Shown: positions 1 to 9,900 of the stretch, piece after piece | Layout of the letters: each line of letters starts with the position of its first letter | Position numbering within the stretch: the stretch's first letter is position 1 | Source of the DNA: Desulfovibrio sp. | GTDB lineage: Bacteria > Desulfobacterota > Desulfovibrionia > Desulfovibrionales > Desulfovibrionaceae | Reading direction: 5' to 3' | Assembly: GCA_031271265.1 (NCBI GenBank) | Contig: JAISWB010000044.1 | Location: forward strand, 17,249-81,248 | DNA length: 64,000 bases | Made by a program: the position numbers and the translations under genes | Notes under the pieces: generated by a model | What the model saw: the letters and a program-made list of their open reading frames with translations, nothing else | What the model was told of the DNA's origin: nothing | The model's database searches: none

Positions 1-52
1 TTTGATTTTATGCGCCTCCGGCGGCCAAGGCTCCGCCTTGGCCCGGCAGTGA

Positions 53-78
53 GGAATGATTCCCCCTGCACCCCTCAT
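53..78. repeat. Copy A of a short palindromic intergenic repeat (core GGAATGATTCCCCC..ACCCCTC)
   Basis: The sequence ggaatgattccccctgcacccctcat is 22/26 identical to 24855..24880. Small hairpins follow it (cctca-ttt-gagg, and cagattt-N8-aaatctg at 97..118). It lies 3' of pyrR. Confidence 0.6.
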
Positions 79-223
79 TTGAGGACGCGCAATTTACAGA
101 TTTCCGCATGAAAATCTGAACAGCAGCCGTTAGGCTGATGTCGCCGCGCCGCGAGTCAGCCGGAAACCACGCTTTTCGGCTGACGATCCTCCGCAGGGAA
201 AAGTTTACTTTTCAATGCGGATA

Positions 224-760
224 TCAGTAAAAGTTGTTTCCGTCGTTGCCGGCGGTCAGGCGCACGCCGTCTTCGCCGTCCAGGGAAGCGACGAGGACGT
301 CCACCCGGTCATGTTTGCCGGTAGTCAGGGTAAGTCCGACGTAGTCCGGGCGGATGGGGAGTTCGCGGTGTCCGCGGTCGACGAGAACGAGCAGTTCGAC
401 ACGCCCGGGGCGTCCGAAGTCGGCCAGGGCTTCCAGGGCGGCGCGCACCGTGCGCCCGGTATACAGCACATCGTCCACGAGGATCAGGGTTTTGCCTTCC
501 ACATCGAAAGGGATGCAGGTCCGGCCTATTTTCGGTTTGAGTGCGCCAGTAGTCCAGTCGTCGCGGTACAGGGTAATGTCCAGGGAGCCGACGGGAAGAT
601 CGACGCCGTATTCCTTTGCCGATATTCTGCCCAGTTCTTCGGCCAGAAGGACGCCCCGGCGTTGTATGCCCACCAGAACACCCGTGTCGCGGCCCTTGCC
701 GGCTTCGTGCAGGGTGCCGGCAAGGGTCCGGAGCGTTTCGCTCATCCGCTCGGCGCTCAT
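224..760 (-). CDS. pyrR: PyrR, pyrimidine operon regulator / uracil phosphoribosyltransferase
   Basis: Track ORF 224..913 trimmed to the internal Met (MSAERMSETL...). It has the PRPP-binding motif LILVDDVLYTGRTVRAAL and a PyrR-like overall sequence. The 178-aa length fits the family. The start is uncertain. Confidence 0.85.
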   Translation of the reverse strand: MSAERMSETLRTLAGTLHEAGKGRDTGVLVGIQRRGVLLAEELGRISAKEYGVDLPVGSLDITLYRDDWTTGALKPKIGRTCIPFDVEGKTLILVDDVLYTGRTVRAALEALADFGRPGRVELLVLVDRGHRELPIRPDYVGLTLTTGKHDRVDVLVASLDGEDGVRLTAGNDGNNFY

Positions 761-821
761 AACGGTCACGGACTTGCTGCACGGTGATTCGACCACGGCG
801 TCCTCGTTTGTTTCGGGGCGG

Positions 822-1544
822 TCAGCCGCCCAGGTAAGCTTCCTTGATTTCCGGGCTGCCGAGCAACTCCGCGCCCGGCCCTTCGGCGACGATTTCGCCG
901 GTATCCAGCACATAGCCGCGGTCCGCGACTTCCAGGGCCAGACGGGCGTTCTGTTCCACCACCACTATGGTCAGGCCGGCGTCGTTGAGACGTTTCAGGG
1001 TGCGGAACATGTCGTACATCAGCACGGGGGCCAACCCCATGGACGGTTCGTCGAGCAGCAGCACCGAGCAGTCCGTCATGAGCGCGCGTCCCACGGCCAG
1101 CATTTGCTGTTCGCCGCCTGAGAGGGTGTCGCTGCGCTGACCGGCGCGTTCGGCCAGACGGGGGAAGAGGCCGAAAATATAGTCCAGGGTCTTGCGGACG
1201 TCCTCGTTTTTCCGTGTCCAGGCGGCCAGATTCAGGTTTTCCATGACCGTCAGGTTGCCGAAGATGCGTCTGCCTTCGGGAACCAGGGTCATTTTCAGCT
1301 TGTCCACGACGTTATGCGGTTCGACGTTGAGTATGGATTCGCCGCGGAAGCGGATATCGCCGCCGAACACCGAGGGCGACTCGGGCGGGGCGAGGCGCAT
1401 CAGAGCCTTGAGCGTGGTGGACTTGCCCGCGCCGTTGGCGCCGATCAGGGTGACGATTTCGCCCTGCTTCACATGAAAGGAGATGCCGTGCAGGGCTTCG
1501 ATGCGGCCGTAGCCGGCGTAGAGTTTTTCCACACTGATGATCAC
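822..1544 (-). CDS. livF: Branched-chain amino acid ABC transporter ATP-binding protein (LivF-type)
   Basis: Walker A GANGAGKST and signature LSGGEQQ. The 364-aa track ORF is trimmed to GTG at 1544 (VIISVEKLYAGYG), which forms a GTGA overlap with the livG stop. Confidence 0.9.
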   Translation of the reverse strand: MIISVEKLYAGYGRIEALHGISFHVKQGEIVTLIGANGAGKSTTLKALMRLAPPESPSVFGGDIRFRGESILNVEPHNVVDKLKMTLVPEGRRIFGNLTVMENLNLAAWTRKNEDVRKTLDYIFGLFPRLAERAGQRSDTLSGGEQQMLAVGRALMTDCSVLLLDEPSMGLAPVLMYDMFRTLKRLNDAGLTIVVVEQNARLALEVADRGYVLDTGEIVAEGPGAELLGSPEIKEAYLGG

Positions 1545-2308
1545 AGCGTGCCGTCTCCGAGGTAAGCGCGTATCACATCGGGGTTGTTGCGTATTTCCTC
1601 CGGCGTGCCGAAGGCGACGGTTCTGCCGAAGTCCAGGACCATGAGCCTGCGGCAGAGGGACATGACGACTTTCATCTGGTGTTCGATCATCCAGATACCT
1701 ATTTTGAATTCTTCGTGTATCCAGCGCACGAGGCGGATAAGTCCGTCGACATCGGAGGTATTGAGTCCGGCGGCCGGTTCGTCCAGAAGGAGCAGGCGGG
1801 GATCGGTGGACAGGGCGCGGGCCAGTTCCACCCTGCGCTGCAGGCCGTAGGGCAGATTTTTGGGGAATTCTTCGGCAAGTTCCGCAATATCCATCATGCC
1901 CAGTATGTTCCTGCATTTGTCCTCGATGCGCTTTTCCGCCGCGCGGTAGCGCCGGGTACGGAGCAGGGCGTCGTGGAGGCGGTAGCCGCGCCGGTGATAC
2001 TGGGCGATGCGCAGGTTGTCCAGCACGCTCATGTCGTTCCAGAGCCTGATATTCTGGAAAGTTCTGGCCAGACCGAGGGCCGTGATGCGGTGCGGCGTCA
2101 GGCCGCGGGTATCGCGGCCGTCGAAGGCTATATCGCCTTCGCTGGGGGTGTAAAATCCCGACACAAGGTTGAACACGGTGGTTTTCCCGGCCCCGTTGGG
2201 GCCGATAAGCCCGACCATCTCGCGTTCTTCCAGCGAAAAGTTGAAGTCCAGAAGGGCATGCAGGCCGCCGAAGCGCTGCGATACGCCGTTCATCTCAAGC
2301 AGGGCCAA
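1541..2308 (-). CDS. livG: Branched-chain amino acid ABC transporter ATP-binding protein (LivG-type)
   Basis: Walker A GPNGAGKTT, LLLDEPAAGL, and the N-terminal MALLEMNGVSQRFGG typical of LivG. 255 aa. Confidence 0.9.
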   Translation of the reverse strand: MALLEMNGVSQRFGGLHALLDFNFSLEEREMVGLIGPNGAGKTTVFNLVSGFYTPSEGDIAFDGRDTRGLTPHRITALGLARTFQNIRLWNDMSVLDNLRIAQYHRRGYRLHDALLRTRRYRAAEKRIEDKCRNILGMMDIAELAEEFPKNLPYGLQRRVELARALSTDPRLLLLDEPAAGLNTSDVDGLIRLVRWIHEEFKIGIWMIEHQMKVVMSLCRRLMVLDFGRTVAFGTPEEIRNNPDVIRAYLGDGTL

Positions 2309-2377
2309 TCTTCTCTCCGCGTGTCGTTTGCAACTGCCCCGGGTTTTTCAGCGCCGCCCGGCGGGACGTTCCGCGTA

Positions 2378-3454
2378 TCATTTGAAACTGACCCATTTTT
2401 TCAGTTTCGGAAAAATTTGCGTCAGTTCCCTGTTGCCCAGCAGTCCTTCCGGCCTGAACTGCATGAGCAGGATAAGGATAAGGGGGATGATGACCCATTT
2501 CCAGATCTGGCTGATTTCAAAATCGCCGGGCAGGAGGTTCAGGCCGTGCAGGAGGTCGTTCAAGGCGGGCACGGCAAAGCGCAGACCTTCCACGAGCAGG
2601 GTAAAGGCGACGGCCGCCAGGACCACACCGGACATGGAGCCCATGCCGCCGAGGTAGACCATGACCAGTCCCTCGGTGGACTTGAGAATATTGAAAGCCT
2701 GGGCGTTCACATAGCCGTAAACGTGGGCGTAGAGCACGCCCGCCACGCCCGCCAAACCGGAGGAAACCATGAAGGCGGTGATTTTGACCCTGTTGGTGTC
2801 CACGCCCATGATTTCCGCGGCGATTTCGTTCTGGCACACGGCGGCGATGCCCTTGCCGCCGGTGCTGGTCACCAGACGGTAGAGCAGGGTCAGGCAAAGG
2901 ACCACGGAAATGATGACCCAGAGCAGCATCCAGGGCAGGTCGGCGACGTTGTACATGGCGTTGACGGTCTTTTTCATGCCGAAAAAGCCGCGCGGTCCGC
3001 CGATGGCGTCGATGTTCTCAATTACCGAAATAATGATGTAGTTGGCCGCTATGGTGATGATGGCCAGGTAATCGCCCCTGGTATGAAAGGAAGGCAGGGC
3101 CACGATCAGGCCGAAGAGGGCCGCGCACAGGCCGGATGCGATCAGGATCAGGGGGAAGAACAGTGGGGCGAGTTCCGGCGGCAGCAGAGGCGCGCCGAAC
3201 AGTTTGCCGCCCGCGAACAGGGCCGCCGAGAGCAGGGAGCCGGTATAGGCTCCCACGCACATGAAGCCGGCGTGGCCGCAGGAAAATTCACCCATGTAGC
3301 CGTTCACGAGATTCAGTCCGGAGGCGAAAATAATGTTGATGCCCATAAACATGAGCACCGTCAGCACATAGTTGTCCAGCAAGCCGGCATGAGCGGCCAG
3401 AACGAGGCCCGCGGCCCCGATGAGCATGAGAATGTTGAGGGCGTGCCGTTGCAT
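2378..3454 (-). CDS. livM: Branched-chain amino acid ABC transporter permease (LivM-type)
   Basis: 358-aa polytopic hydrophobic protein lying between livG and livH. Its sequence resembles LivM permeases. Confidence 0.85.
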   Translation of the reverse strand: MQRHALNILMLIGAAGLVLAAHAGLLDNYVLTVLMFMGINIIFASGLNLVNGYMGEFSCGHAGFMCVGAYTGSLLSAALFAGGKLFGAPLLPPELAPLFFPLILIASGLCAALFGLIVALPSFHTRGDYLAIITIAANYIIISVIENIDAIGGPRGFFGMKKTVNAMYNVADLPWMLLWVIISVVLCLTLLYRLVTSTGGKGIAAVCQNEIAAEIMGVDTNRVKITAFMVSSGLAGVAGVLYAHVYGYVNAQAFNILKSTEGLVMVYLGGMGSMSGVVLAAVAFTLLVEGLRFAVPALNDLLHGLNLLPGDFEISQIWKWVIIPLILILLMQFRPEGLLGNRELTQIFPKLKKWVSFK

Positions 3455-3466
3455 CGTCGTTTCGGG

Positions 3467-4381
3467 CTAGATCTTGGTGGTGGCGGGGATGCCGAAAATA
3501 CCCGTGGGCCGCTTCCAGAGAATGATCAGGAGAATGGAAAAGGCGAACAGGTCGCGAAAGGTGGACGGCAGAAAGGCCGCGACCATGATTTCCACAAAGG
3601 CCAGCAGGAAGCCGCCCGCAAAGGCCCCGCGTATGTCGCCTATGCCGCCGACCACGGCCGCGATGAACGCCTTCCAGCCCGTCATCGCGCCCATGTACGG
3701 GTCCAGTACCGGGTAGGACATGGCGAAAAGCAGCCCGCCCAACCCGGCGATGCCGGACCCGAGCGCGAAGGTGAAGACGATGACCATGTCCAGGGGGATG
3801 CCCATCAGGGGCAGGGCGAACTTGTCCCAGGAAACGGCCCGCATGGCCATGCCGAGGCGTGTCCGGGTAACAACCGCCTGCAGGAAGACGAACACCAGCA
3901 GGGCGGTGAAGATGACCAGGAGTTTCAGGTTGGTGACGGTTATGCTGCCGAAGGTGTAGATCTGTTTTTCCAGCAGTTCGGGCAGGGCCTTGCGTCCCGC
4001 GCCGAGCAGGGCGAGGTTGCCGTTTTCCAGGATCAGCCCGCACATCAGGGCGGTAATCACCACGTAGAGGCGGTGTGCGCCCTTGCGGCGCAACGGCCTG
4101 TAGGCGATGCGTTCCAGAGTGACCCCGACCGTCGACGTGAGTATGACCGTGGCGGGTATGGTCAGGGCCAGGGCCGCGCCTTGCGGCAATTCCGGCCCCG
4201 ATGCCGAGAGCAGAAAGGTGGACACGAAAAAGGCGATATACGCGCCCACCATGAAAACATCACCGTGCGCGAAGTTGATCAGCAGCAACACGCCGTACAC
4301 AAGCGTGTAACCGAGGGCTATCAGCGCATAAAAACTGCCCCACTGTAAGGCGTTGACGCACTGCTGAATGAACTGTTCCAT
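3467..4381 (-). CDS. livH: Branched-chain amino acid ABC transporter permease (LivH-type)
   Basis: Track ORF trimmed to ATG 4381 (MEQFIQQCVNALQWGSFYALIALGYTLVYG), the canonical LivH N-terminus. 304 aa. Confidence 0.85.
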   Translation of the reverse strand: MEQFIQQCVNALQWGSFYALIALGYTLVYGVLLLINFAHGDVFMVGAYIAFFVSTFLLSASGPELPQGAALALTIPATVILTSTVGVTLERIAYRPLRRKGAHRLYVVITALMCGLILENGNLALLGAGRKALPELLEKQIYTFGSITVTNLKLLVIFTALLVFVFLQAVVTRTRLGMAMRAVSWDKFALPLMGIPLDMVIVFTFALGSGIAGLGGLLFAMSYPVLDPYMGAMTGWKAFIAAVVGGIGDIRGAFAGGFLLAFVEIMVAAFLPSTFRDLFAFSILLIILWKRPTGIFGIPATTKI

Positions 4382-4453
4382 ACACAGGCACCTGAAGAGC
4401 AAGCGCGCGGCGGGCACACGATCCTTGTCCGTCGGCATGAGCGCATGCCGGGA

Positions 4454-4484
4454 GGGAACCGGCCGGATTTTTGCGGCCGGTCCC
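4454..4484 (-). promoter_or_regulatory. Intercistronic GC-rich hairpin between the binding-protein gene and livH
   Basis: gggaaccggccg / cggccggtccc forms an 11-bp stem with one bulge and a 7-8 nt loop. There is no U-run after it on the transcript. Confidence 0.55.
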
Positions 4485-4496
4485 GTTGCATCCTTG

Positions 4497-5663
4497 TTAC
4501 GGGCAGACTGATTCCATAAAGGTAAATTCGCCCTTGTCGTCGATTTTCACCACCACGGCGCACTTGACGGGGTCACCCTGGCTGTCGAAGCGCATGCTGC
4601 CGGTGATGCCGTCGAATTTTTCGATCGCGGCCAGATTGTCGCGCACCAGTTTACGCACGGCGCGCACATTGCCGTCGACTTTGCCGCCTTTCTGAACGGC
4701 CTGCAGCACGATGTTCACGGCGTCCCATGTGAGGGCGGCCACATCGTCCGGCACATAGCCGTACTTTTTGTTGTACTTGTCGATGAATTCCCGGGTTGCT
4801 CCGGTGGCGCCCGCGGCCGCGTAATGCGTGGAGAAGAATTGGCCTTTGCAGGCGTTGCCGCAGAGTTTCATGAGTTCCGCCGAACCCCAGGCATCGGAAC
4901 CCATGAAGGGATTCTTGTAGCCGAGGTCCCTGGCCTGGGGCACGATCAGGGCCGCGAAGCTGTAGTTTTCCGGCAGAAAGATAAAGTCGGGCTTGAGAGC
5001 CGCGATCTTGGTCAACTGGGCCGAGAAATCCTGATCTTTGGGACCGTGCGACTCAAAGGCGACGATCGAACCCGGCCCGTGCAGCTTTTCCCAGGCTTCT
5101 TTAAAGTTGTCTGCCAGCCCTTTGGAATAGTCGTTGGATATTTCGAAGAGCACGGCGGCTTTTTTGGCCTTGAACTGCTTGGTGGCGAAATTCGCGGCCA
5201 CAGGAGCCTGGAACGGGTCGAGGAACGCGGCGCGGAACACCCAGGGCCGGTCTTTGGTGGTGTCCGGGTTGGTGGACCACGGGGAAATGAGCGGCGTTTC
5301 GCCTTCGTTTGCCGCCCCGCCCGCGGGCACTGCCTGGCGCGAGGACTGCGGACCGACCAGGGCGATGACCTGATCGCGGTCGATGAGTTTCAGGGTGACG
5401 TTGACCGCCGACTCCGGTTTGGCTTCGTTGTCTTCGTAGATGAACTCCAGCAGATATTTCTGCCCTCCGACCTCCAGCCCGCCTTTGGCGTTGATTTCTT
5501 CCTTGAGCATTTCCGCGGCGAACTTGGTGGATTCGCCCACCTTGGGAATTTCTCCCGTCAGCGGTATGGGGAACCCGATCTTGATGGTCTGCGCGGCCTG
5601 CGCGGCGCCTGCCGTAAGCAACGCCGCGAGGACTGCCGGTAAAAACATTTTTCCCGCTCGCAT
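4497..5663 (-). CDS. Periplasmic branched-chain amino acid binding protein (LivK/LivJ family)
   Basis: Signal peptide (MFLPAVLAALLTAGAAQA) plus a type-I periplasmic binding protein sequence. An AAGGAG SD lies 8 nt before ATG 5663. It heads the liv gene set. Confidence 0.85.
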   Translation of the reverse strand: MRAGKMFLPAVLAALLTAGAAQAAQTIKIGFPIPLTGEIPKVGESTKFAAEMLKEEINAKGGLEVGGQKYLLEFIYEDNEAKPESAVNVTLKLIDRDQVIALVGPQSSRQAVPAGGAANEGETPLISPWSTNPDTTKDRPWVFRAAFLDPFQAPVAANFATKQFKAKKAAVLFEISNDYSKGLADNFKEAWEKLHGPGSIVAFESHGPKDQDFSAQLTKIAALKPDFIFLPENYSFAALIVPQARDLGYKNPFMGSDAWGSAELMKLCGNACKGQFFSTHYAAAGATGATREFIDKYNKKYGYVPDDVAALTWDAVNIVLQAVQKGGKVDGNVRAVRKLVRDNLAAIEKFDGITGSMRFDSQGDPVKCAVVVKIDDKGEFTFMESVCP

Positions 5664-5699
5664 TATGTCTTCTCCTTGCTTGACAAAGTGTCGAAAGAG

Positions 5700-5716
5700 A
5701 GCAGGGTACCTGCCGC
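5700..5716 (-). promoter_or_regulatory. Candidate sigma-54 (-24/-12) promoter upstream of the liv binding-protein gene
   Basis: The minus strand reads cGGCAGgtaccCTGCt, against consensus TGGCAC-N5-TTGCW, with GG-N10-GC spacing preserved. It lies about 35 nt upstream of ATG 5663. Confidence 0.25.
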
Positions 5717-5858
5717 TGCCGCAAATTGCAACAAAATTCCCGACGGGGATCTGCCCGCTCAGTTTCTGTCGCCGTGGGGAAAGTCTCTTACGCCATAGGC
5801 AGGTTTTGTCGGCGGATCGTTGATTGACAATGAACAGGCAGGGTTGCTCCTTCGCCGT

Positions 5859-6974
5859 TCACCGTTTCAGGCAGACGGCCAGAGCCTTGAGCAGCCTGTC
5901 CACGTTTTCCGGCCGGGCGGTATGTCCCATGACGCCGATGCGCCATATCTTGCCGGCCAGAGGCCCGAGCCCGTTGCCGATCTCTATGGAAAACTCCTTC
6001 AGCAGCCTGGAACGCACGCCGGCATCGTCGACGCCTTCCGGAATGCTTGCCGCATTGAGCATGGGCAACCGGAATTCCTTCTCCACGTACATGGTAATGC
6101 CGAGCTCGGCCAGGCCGTCGACAAGCTGCTCGTGGGCGGCGCGGTGCCGCGCATGCACCTTGTCCTCCCCCTCGTCCAGAAAGCGGCGTACGGCTGCGTA
6201 CAACGCGTAAATCATGTTGACGGGCGCCGTGTGGTGGTAGGCGCGGGTGTTGCCCTCCCAGTAGTTGATAATCATGGTGAGATCCAGGTACCAGTTGGGC
6301 ACCTTGCTCTTGCGCGCCGTGAGCTTGGCCAGAGCGCGGTCGGAAAAGGACAGGGGCGCAAGGCCGGGAGGACAGGAAAGGCACTTCTGGGTGCCGCTGT
6401 ACAAGGCATCCACGCCCCATTCGTCCATGCGCACCGGGATGCCGCCCAGGCTGGTAACGCAGTCCACAAGATACAGCGCGCCTGTGGGCCGCACCAGTTC
6501 GCCGATTTCCCGCACCGGGTTGCGGACGCCGGTAGAGGTTTCGGCATGCACCACGGCAACAATGCCGTAATTATCTCCTTTGAGTTTTTCTGCGACCAGG
6601 GCGGGCACAACGGGAGTTCCCCACTCGAACTGCAGGGAATCCACCTGCGCTCCCAGGCGTCCGGCCACGTCTTCCATGCGTTTGCCGAAAACGCCGTTCG
6701 TCAGCACCAATACCTTGTCGCCGCGCTCCACAAGGTTGACGAAACAGGTCTCCATGCCGGAGGACCCCGTGCCCGACATGGGCATGGTCAGGCGGTTGCC
6801 GGTCCCGATGACCGTTTTCAGGTCCTCCTTGACAGCGTCCATGATCCTTATGAAAAGGGGATCAAGGTGACCAATCGTCGGCTTGGCAAGGGCGGCATAC
6901 ACCTCGTCGTACACGCAGGACGGTCCGGGGCCCATGAGCAGGGTTGCTTTGATTTCGTCCAGTAGTCCGGCCAT
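5859..6974 (-). CDS. Class-V aminotransferase (serine-pyruvate / alanine-glyoxylate aminotransferase-like)
   Basis: 371 aa. LMGPGPS N-terminal motif, SGTQKCLSCPPG (PLP-Lys context), AGXT/SPT-like throughout. SD AAGGAGAAG lies before ATG 6974. Confidence 0.85.
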   Translation of the reverse strand: MAGLLDEIKATLLMGPGPSCVYDEVYAALAKPTIGHLDPLFIRIMDAVKEDLKTVIGTGNRLTMPMSGTGSSGMETCFVNLVERGDKVLVLTNGVFGKRMEDVAGRLGAQVDSLQFEWGTPVVPALVAEKLKGDNYGIVAVVHAETSTGVRNPVREIGELVRPTGALYLVDCVTSLGGIPVRMDEWGVDALYSGTQKCLSCPPGLAPLSFSDRALAKLTARKSKVPNWYLDLTMIINYWEGNTRAYHHTAPVNMIYALYAAVRRFLDEGEDKVHARHRAAHEQLVDGLAELGITMYVEKEFRLPMLNAASIPEGVDDAGVRSRLLKEFSIEIGNGLGPLAGKIWRIGVMGHTARPENVDRLLKALAVCLKR

Positions 6975-6997
6975 TCTCTTCTCCTTCGGGTCAGGGT

Positions 6998-9900
6998 TCA
7001 GTTTTGGTTCAGGTTCACTCCGGTGAGCCTGGACATGTCCTCAAGGTACTGCTCGCGGCGGGCTAGATAAAAGGCCAGGGGCCGGGCGAAATCCAGCCCC
7101 ATGAGTCCGTCCACCAGCATCCGGCTGATCTCGCGCACCCTGGTCAGCACCAACTGCGCTCCGGCGAAGGTCATGCGCTCATCCTCGGTCATTTCCTTCA
7201 TCATGGCCTTCAACGTGTCACGCGCCCGCGGCTGGTACATCCAGAAATACATCATATCCAGGGCATTGAGAATCACGATTTTTTTCAAGTCCGCGGCCTC
7301 GCGCCCGACTCCGGAGGCTAGGCCGCGCTCCGCCCGGGAGTCGGGGTCGCCGGGCCGGCTCAACACGTCCGCTATATTTTCTTCGGGGAACAGCACTTCC
7401 AGCCTTTCGCAGCAGTCGAACAGGCGAGCCAGACTGTCCGTATAATCCCGGCTGCGCAGCTTGAGATACTCCTCCTTGTCCGCCCAGCCTTCGATCATGG
7501 CCGCCACGGTGTCCGAAGCCAGCTTGGAAATCACGGCGGCACCCATAGCCAGGTAGATTACCGGCCAGCCCATGTGCAGGCACAGTTCCAGGGCGATGCG
7601 GCTGTACACCACGGAAACCGGAACGGCCAGAGCGCTGCGGAACAGGTTGCCTATGGCCGCCGTCCTGGGAAATCCGCGAAAGACGTTGTGTCCGGCTATG
7701 TACAGGCCGTTCACCATGCTCATGATGAAATAAAAGAACACCGGGCTGTTGAGGGCATCTATGCCCATGCCGTCGCGGAGCAGACAGGTACGGACCAGGA
7801 GTTCCAGCAGCGGCACGGAAATGCCGGTGTACATCAGGGAGTCGCACAGCCTTGTCCAACTCAGGTAGTCGTGCCAGCCCAGCAGGGTGGAGCGGCTCAG
7901 CCCTCCGCCCGCCGGCACGGACTGCAGAATATTGCGGAACCCCGTGACGGCGAACCAGATGACCGGCCCGTACCAGGCCAGTACCCACCATTCCTGCGTA
8001 TAGCGGAAGGTCAAGGCGGCCGCGAGAAAGCCGAAAACCACCTTGGCCGTGTTGCTCAGGACGCTGTTCAGATAGGTAGGGCCGAGACGGCGCCGCGGGC
8101 GGGCCGCAGCCCGGTTGCCGCAATCCTCGCGCAGACGGTCACGGCTGACCCCGCCCAGGGTGACGGCGACCCGCGCGCCCGGACGGTAGCGGGCTGACTT
8201 GGCGTCGGCGCGCCAGGACGAAGTTTTTTCTTTGTCCAGATTGTCGAGAAACGGCAGGTGACTGAGCAGGCGGGTCGGAGAGAAGCCGACGGCGCGGTGC
8301 CGCGGCTTGGTGTACGTCACTATCCGCTTGATATCCTGCACAAAAGGAATAAAACGGTGCCTGAAACTTTGCCCGTTGAGTTCCCGGCGCGTGCGCGCCG
8401 GCAAAGTTTCCATAAAGGCGAAGCCCATGCCCAGAAACAGCGTGGAACGGCTTGTGGAATCGCTGCCTATGCGTAAACCCAGCGGTCTGTCGCTGTAAAA
8501 ACCTCTGAGCGTCCGGATGTTGCGCAGTATTTCCGTGAACAGTTCAAGCCTGTCGCCCTGCTGCCCGTCGCCCTGCTGCCCGTCGTGCGCGGGAAGCTGT
8601 GAAGCGGGGGCCTTCCCTGCGGGAGCAGGGGGCTGCTGCCCGTCGTGCGCGGGCGGCGGGTCATGGACCGGGCGGGCGACATCCGGCATGAACTGTTGAC
8701 CGCGGCCTGCCTGGAGTATACCGTATTCTCGGCAATCTGCCGGGTGCCGGCCGTCCTTCCCGCAGTCTGCCGGGGGCCGCTCCGCTTCGGCTGCATCTCC
8801 GTCCGACCCGCCGGAGAGCCTGCTCCGGCAGTTGTGGATGAGGCGCTTCAGGGCCACGGCACTGCCCTCATTGATCGCGTACTGCAGTTCGCTGACGGCC
8901 TCAAGGTCCGGCATCCTGCCTTCCGCGTAATTTTTGAGATTGTACACTTCAAGGTGGCTGATCATGCCTCGGCACAGGTAGAGCAACTCCAGCACATCTT
9001 CCACATACAGGTTGCAAAGGTTCAGGATGATGTGCGACGGACTGCGCACGCCGGTCAGTTTCGCAACCAGTTCCGCCGGCGTCAGGCGCATGATTTCCGG
9101 CAGCGCTTCCCTGCTTTCCGGGCTTACGTCCGGCTGGACCAGGGGGTTTCTGTCCCGGTTCAGCCACTCGCGGTTGATGAAGTCCGGGCTGAGTTCCTGC
9201 GCGCTTTTTTGCCGGGCGTATTCTTCCCCGGCCGCTGTTGCCGGTTCTTCGCCTGCGGCCCGGGCGTCGACGGCGTCGCGGATGCGGCGGTAAATGATAT
9301 CCGAGAGGTGAGTGCGCGAACTCTGCCCCTGTCCCACGAAAGCGATGAACTCCCCGCGGGATATCTCCCGCGGTTCCACCCCGTACCGGGCGCCCATTGC
9401 GAAACGCAGGCTGCTGTTGTAGCTGTCGAGCAGGCGCAGTATATAGAGATGATGGTATGCCGTGGCCTCGCGGCCGGAGGCGGCCAGAGCGAGGACGGCG
9501 CCGTCGTTGCGGAAAAATTCGACCGTTTCGCGCCAGTCCCTGAACCCGCGCGGCTCCCAGACTATCTGCACCGGGCGGCCGCGGAACACGGCTTGGAATT
9601 CCACGCCCACGCGCACCTTGATGCCCATGATGTCGGCGGCCTCAAGCAGTTCGGACGCGGCTTCGGGCTCCACGAAATTGTAGTAGATGACGTCGAGATT
9701 GCGGATGCCCTTGATCCAGGCGTCCATGATCAGGTGGGTCGGGGATTTGCGGCCCTTGGTATTGACATCGTGCACATGGTGGTCGTAAGTGATTTGGTTC
9801 CATTCCTCGGGCATTTCGAGCAGGTAATAGCGGCGCAGCATCTTGCGCACTACCCTGCGCTTGCCGCTTGCCGCCCTGCGGAAATCATGGGCCAGACGAA

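Noticed and set aside
215-787. 190-aa plus-strand ORF and other ORFs overlapping pyrR.
   Set aside because: It is antisense to a clear PyrR coding sequence and has low-complexity composition.
822-1916. Over-long track ORFs whose N-termini overlap upstream genes (livF 364 aa, NMO 492 aa at 29142..30620, rlmH 225 aa, addA 1303 aa, htrA 510 aa, dprA 601 aa).
   Set aside because: The family-typical N-termini, SD sequences and stop/start overlaps all point to internal starts. The extra residues are R/P/G-rich read-through of the upstream gene in another frame.
1679-4348. 889-aa ORF on the plus strand.
   Set aside because: It runs antisense across livG, livM and livH and spans three gene boundaries. 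Its composition is G/A/R/H/Q-rich and low in complexity, and it has no SD. This is a typical stop-poor antisense frame of a high-GC genome.
9700-9800. Possible phospholipase-D-type HxK motif in the orphan protein (HHVHDVNTKGRKSPTH).
   Set aside because: The spacing and residues do not fit HxK(x)4D(x)6G, and there is no second copy of the motif. It is not supported.
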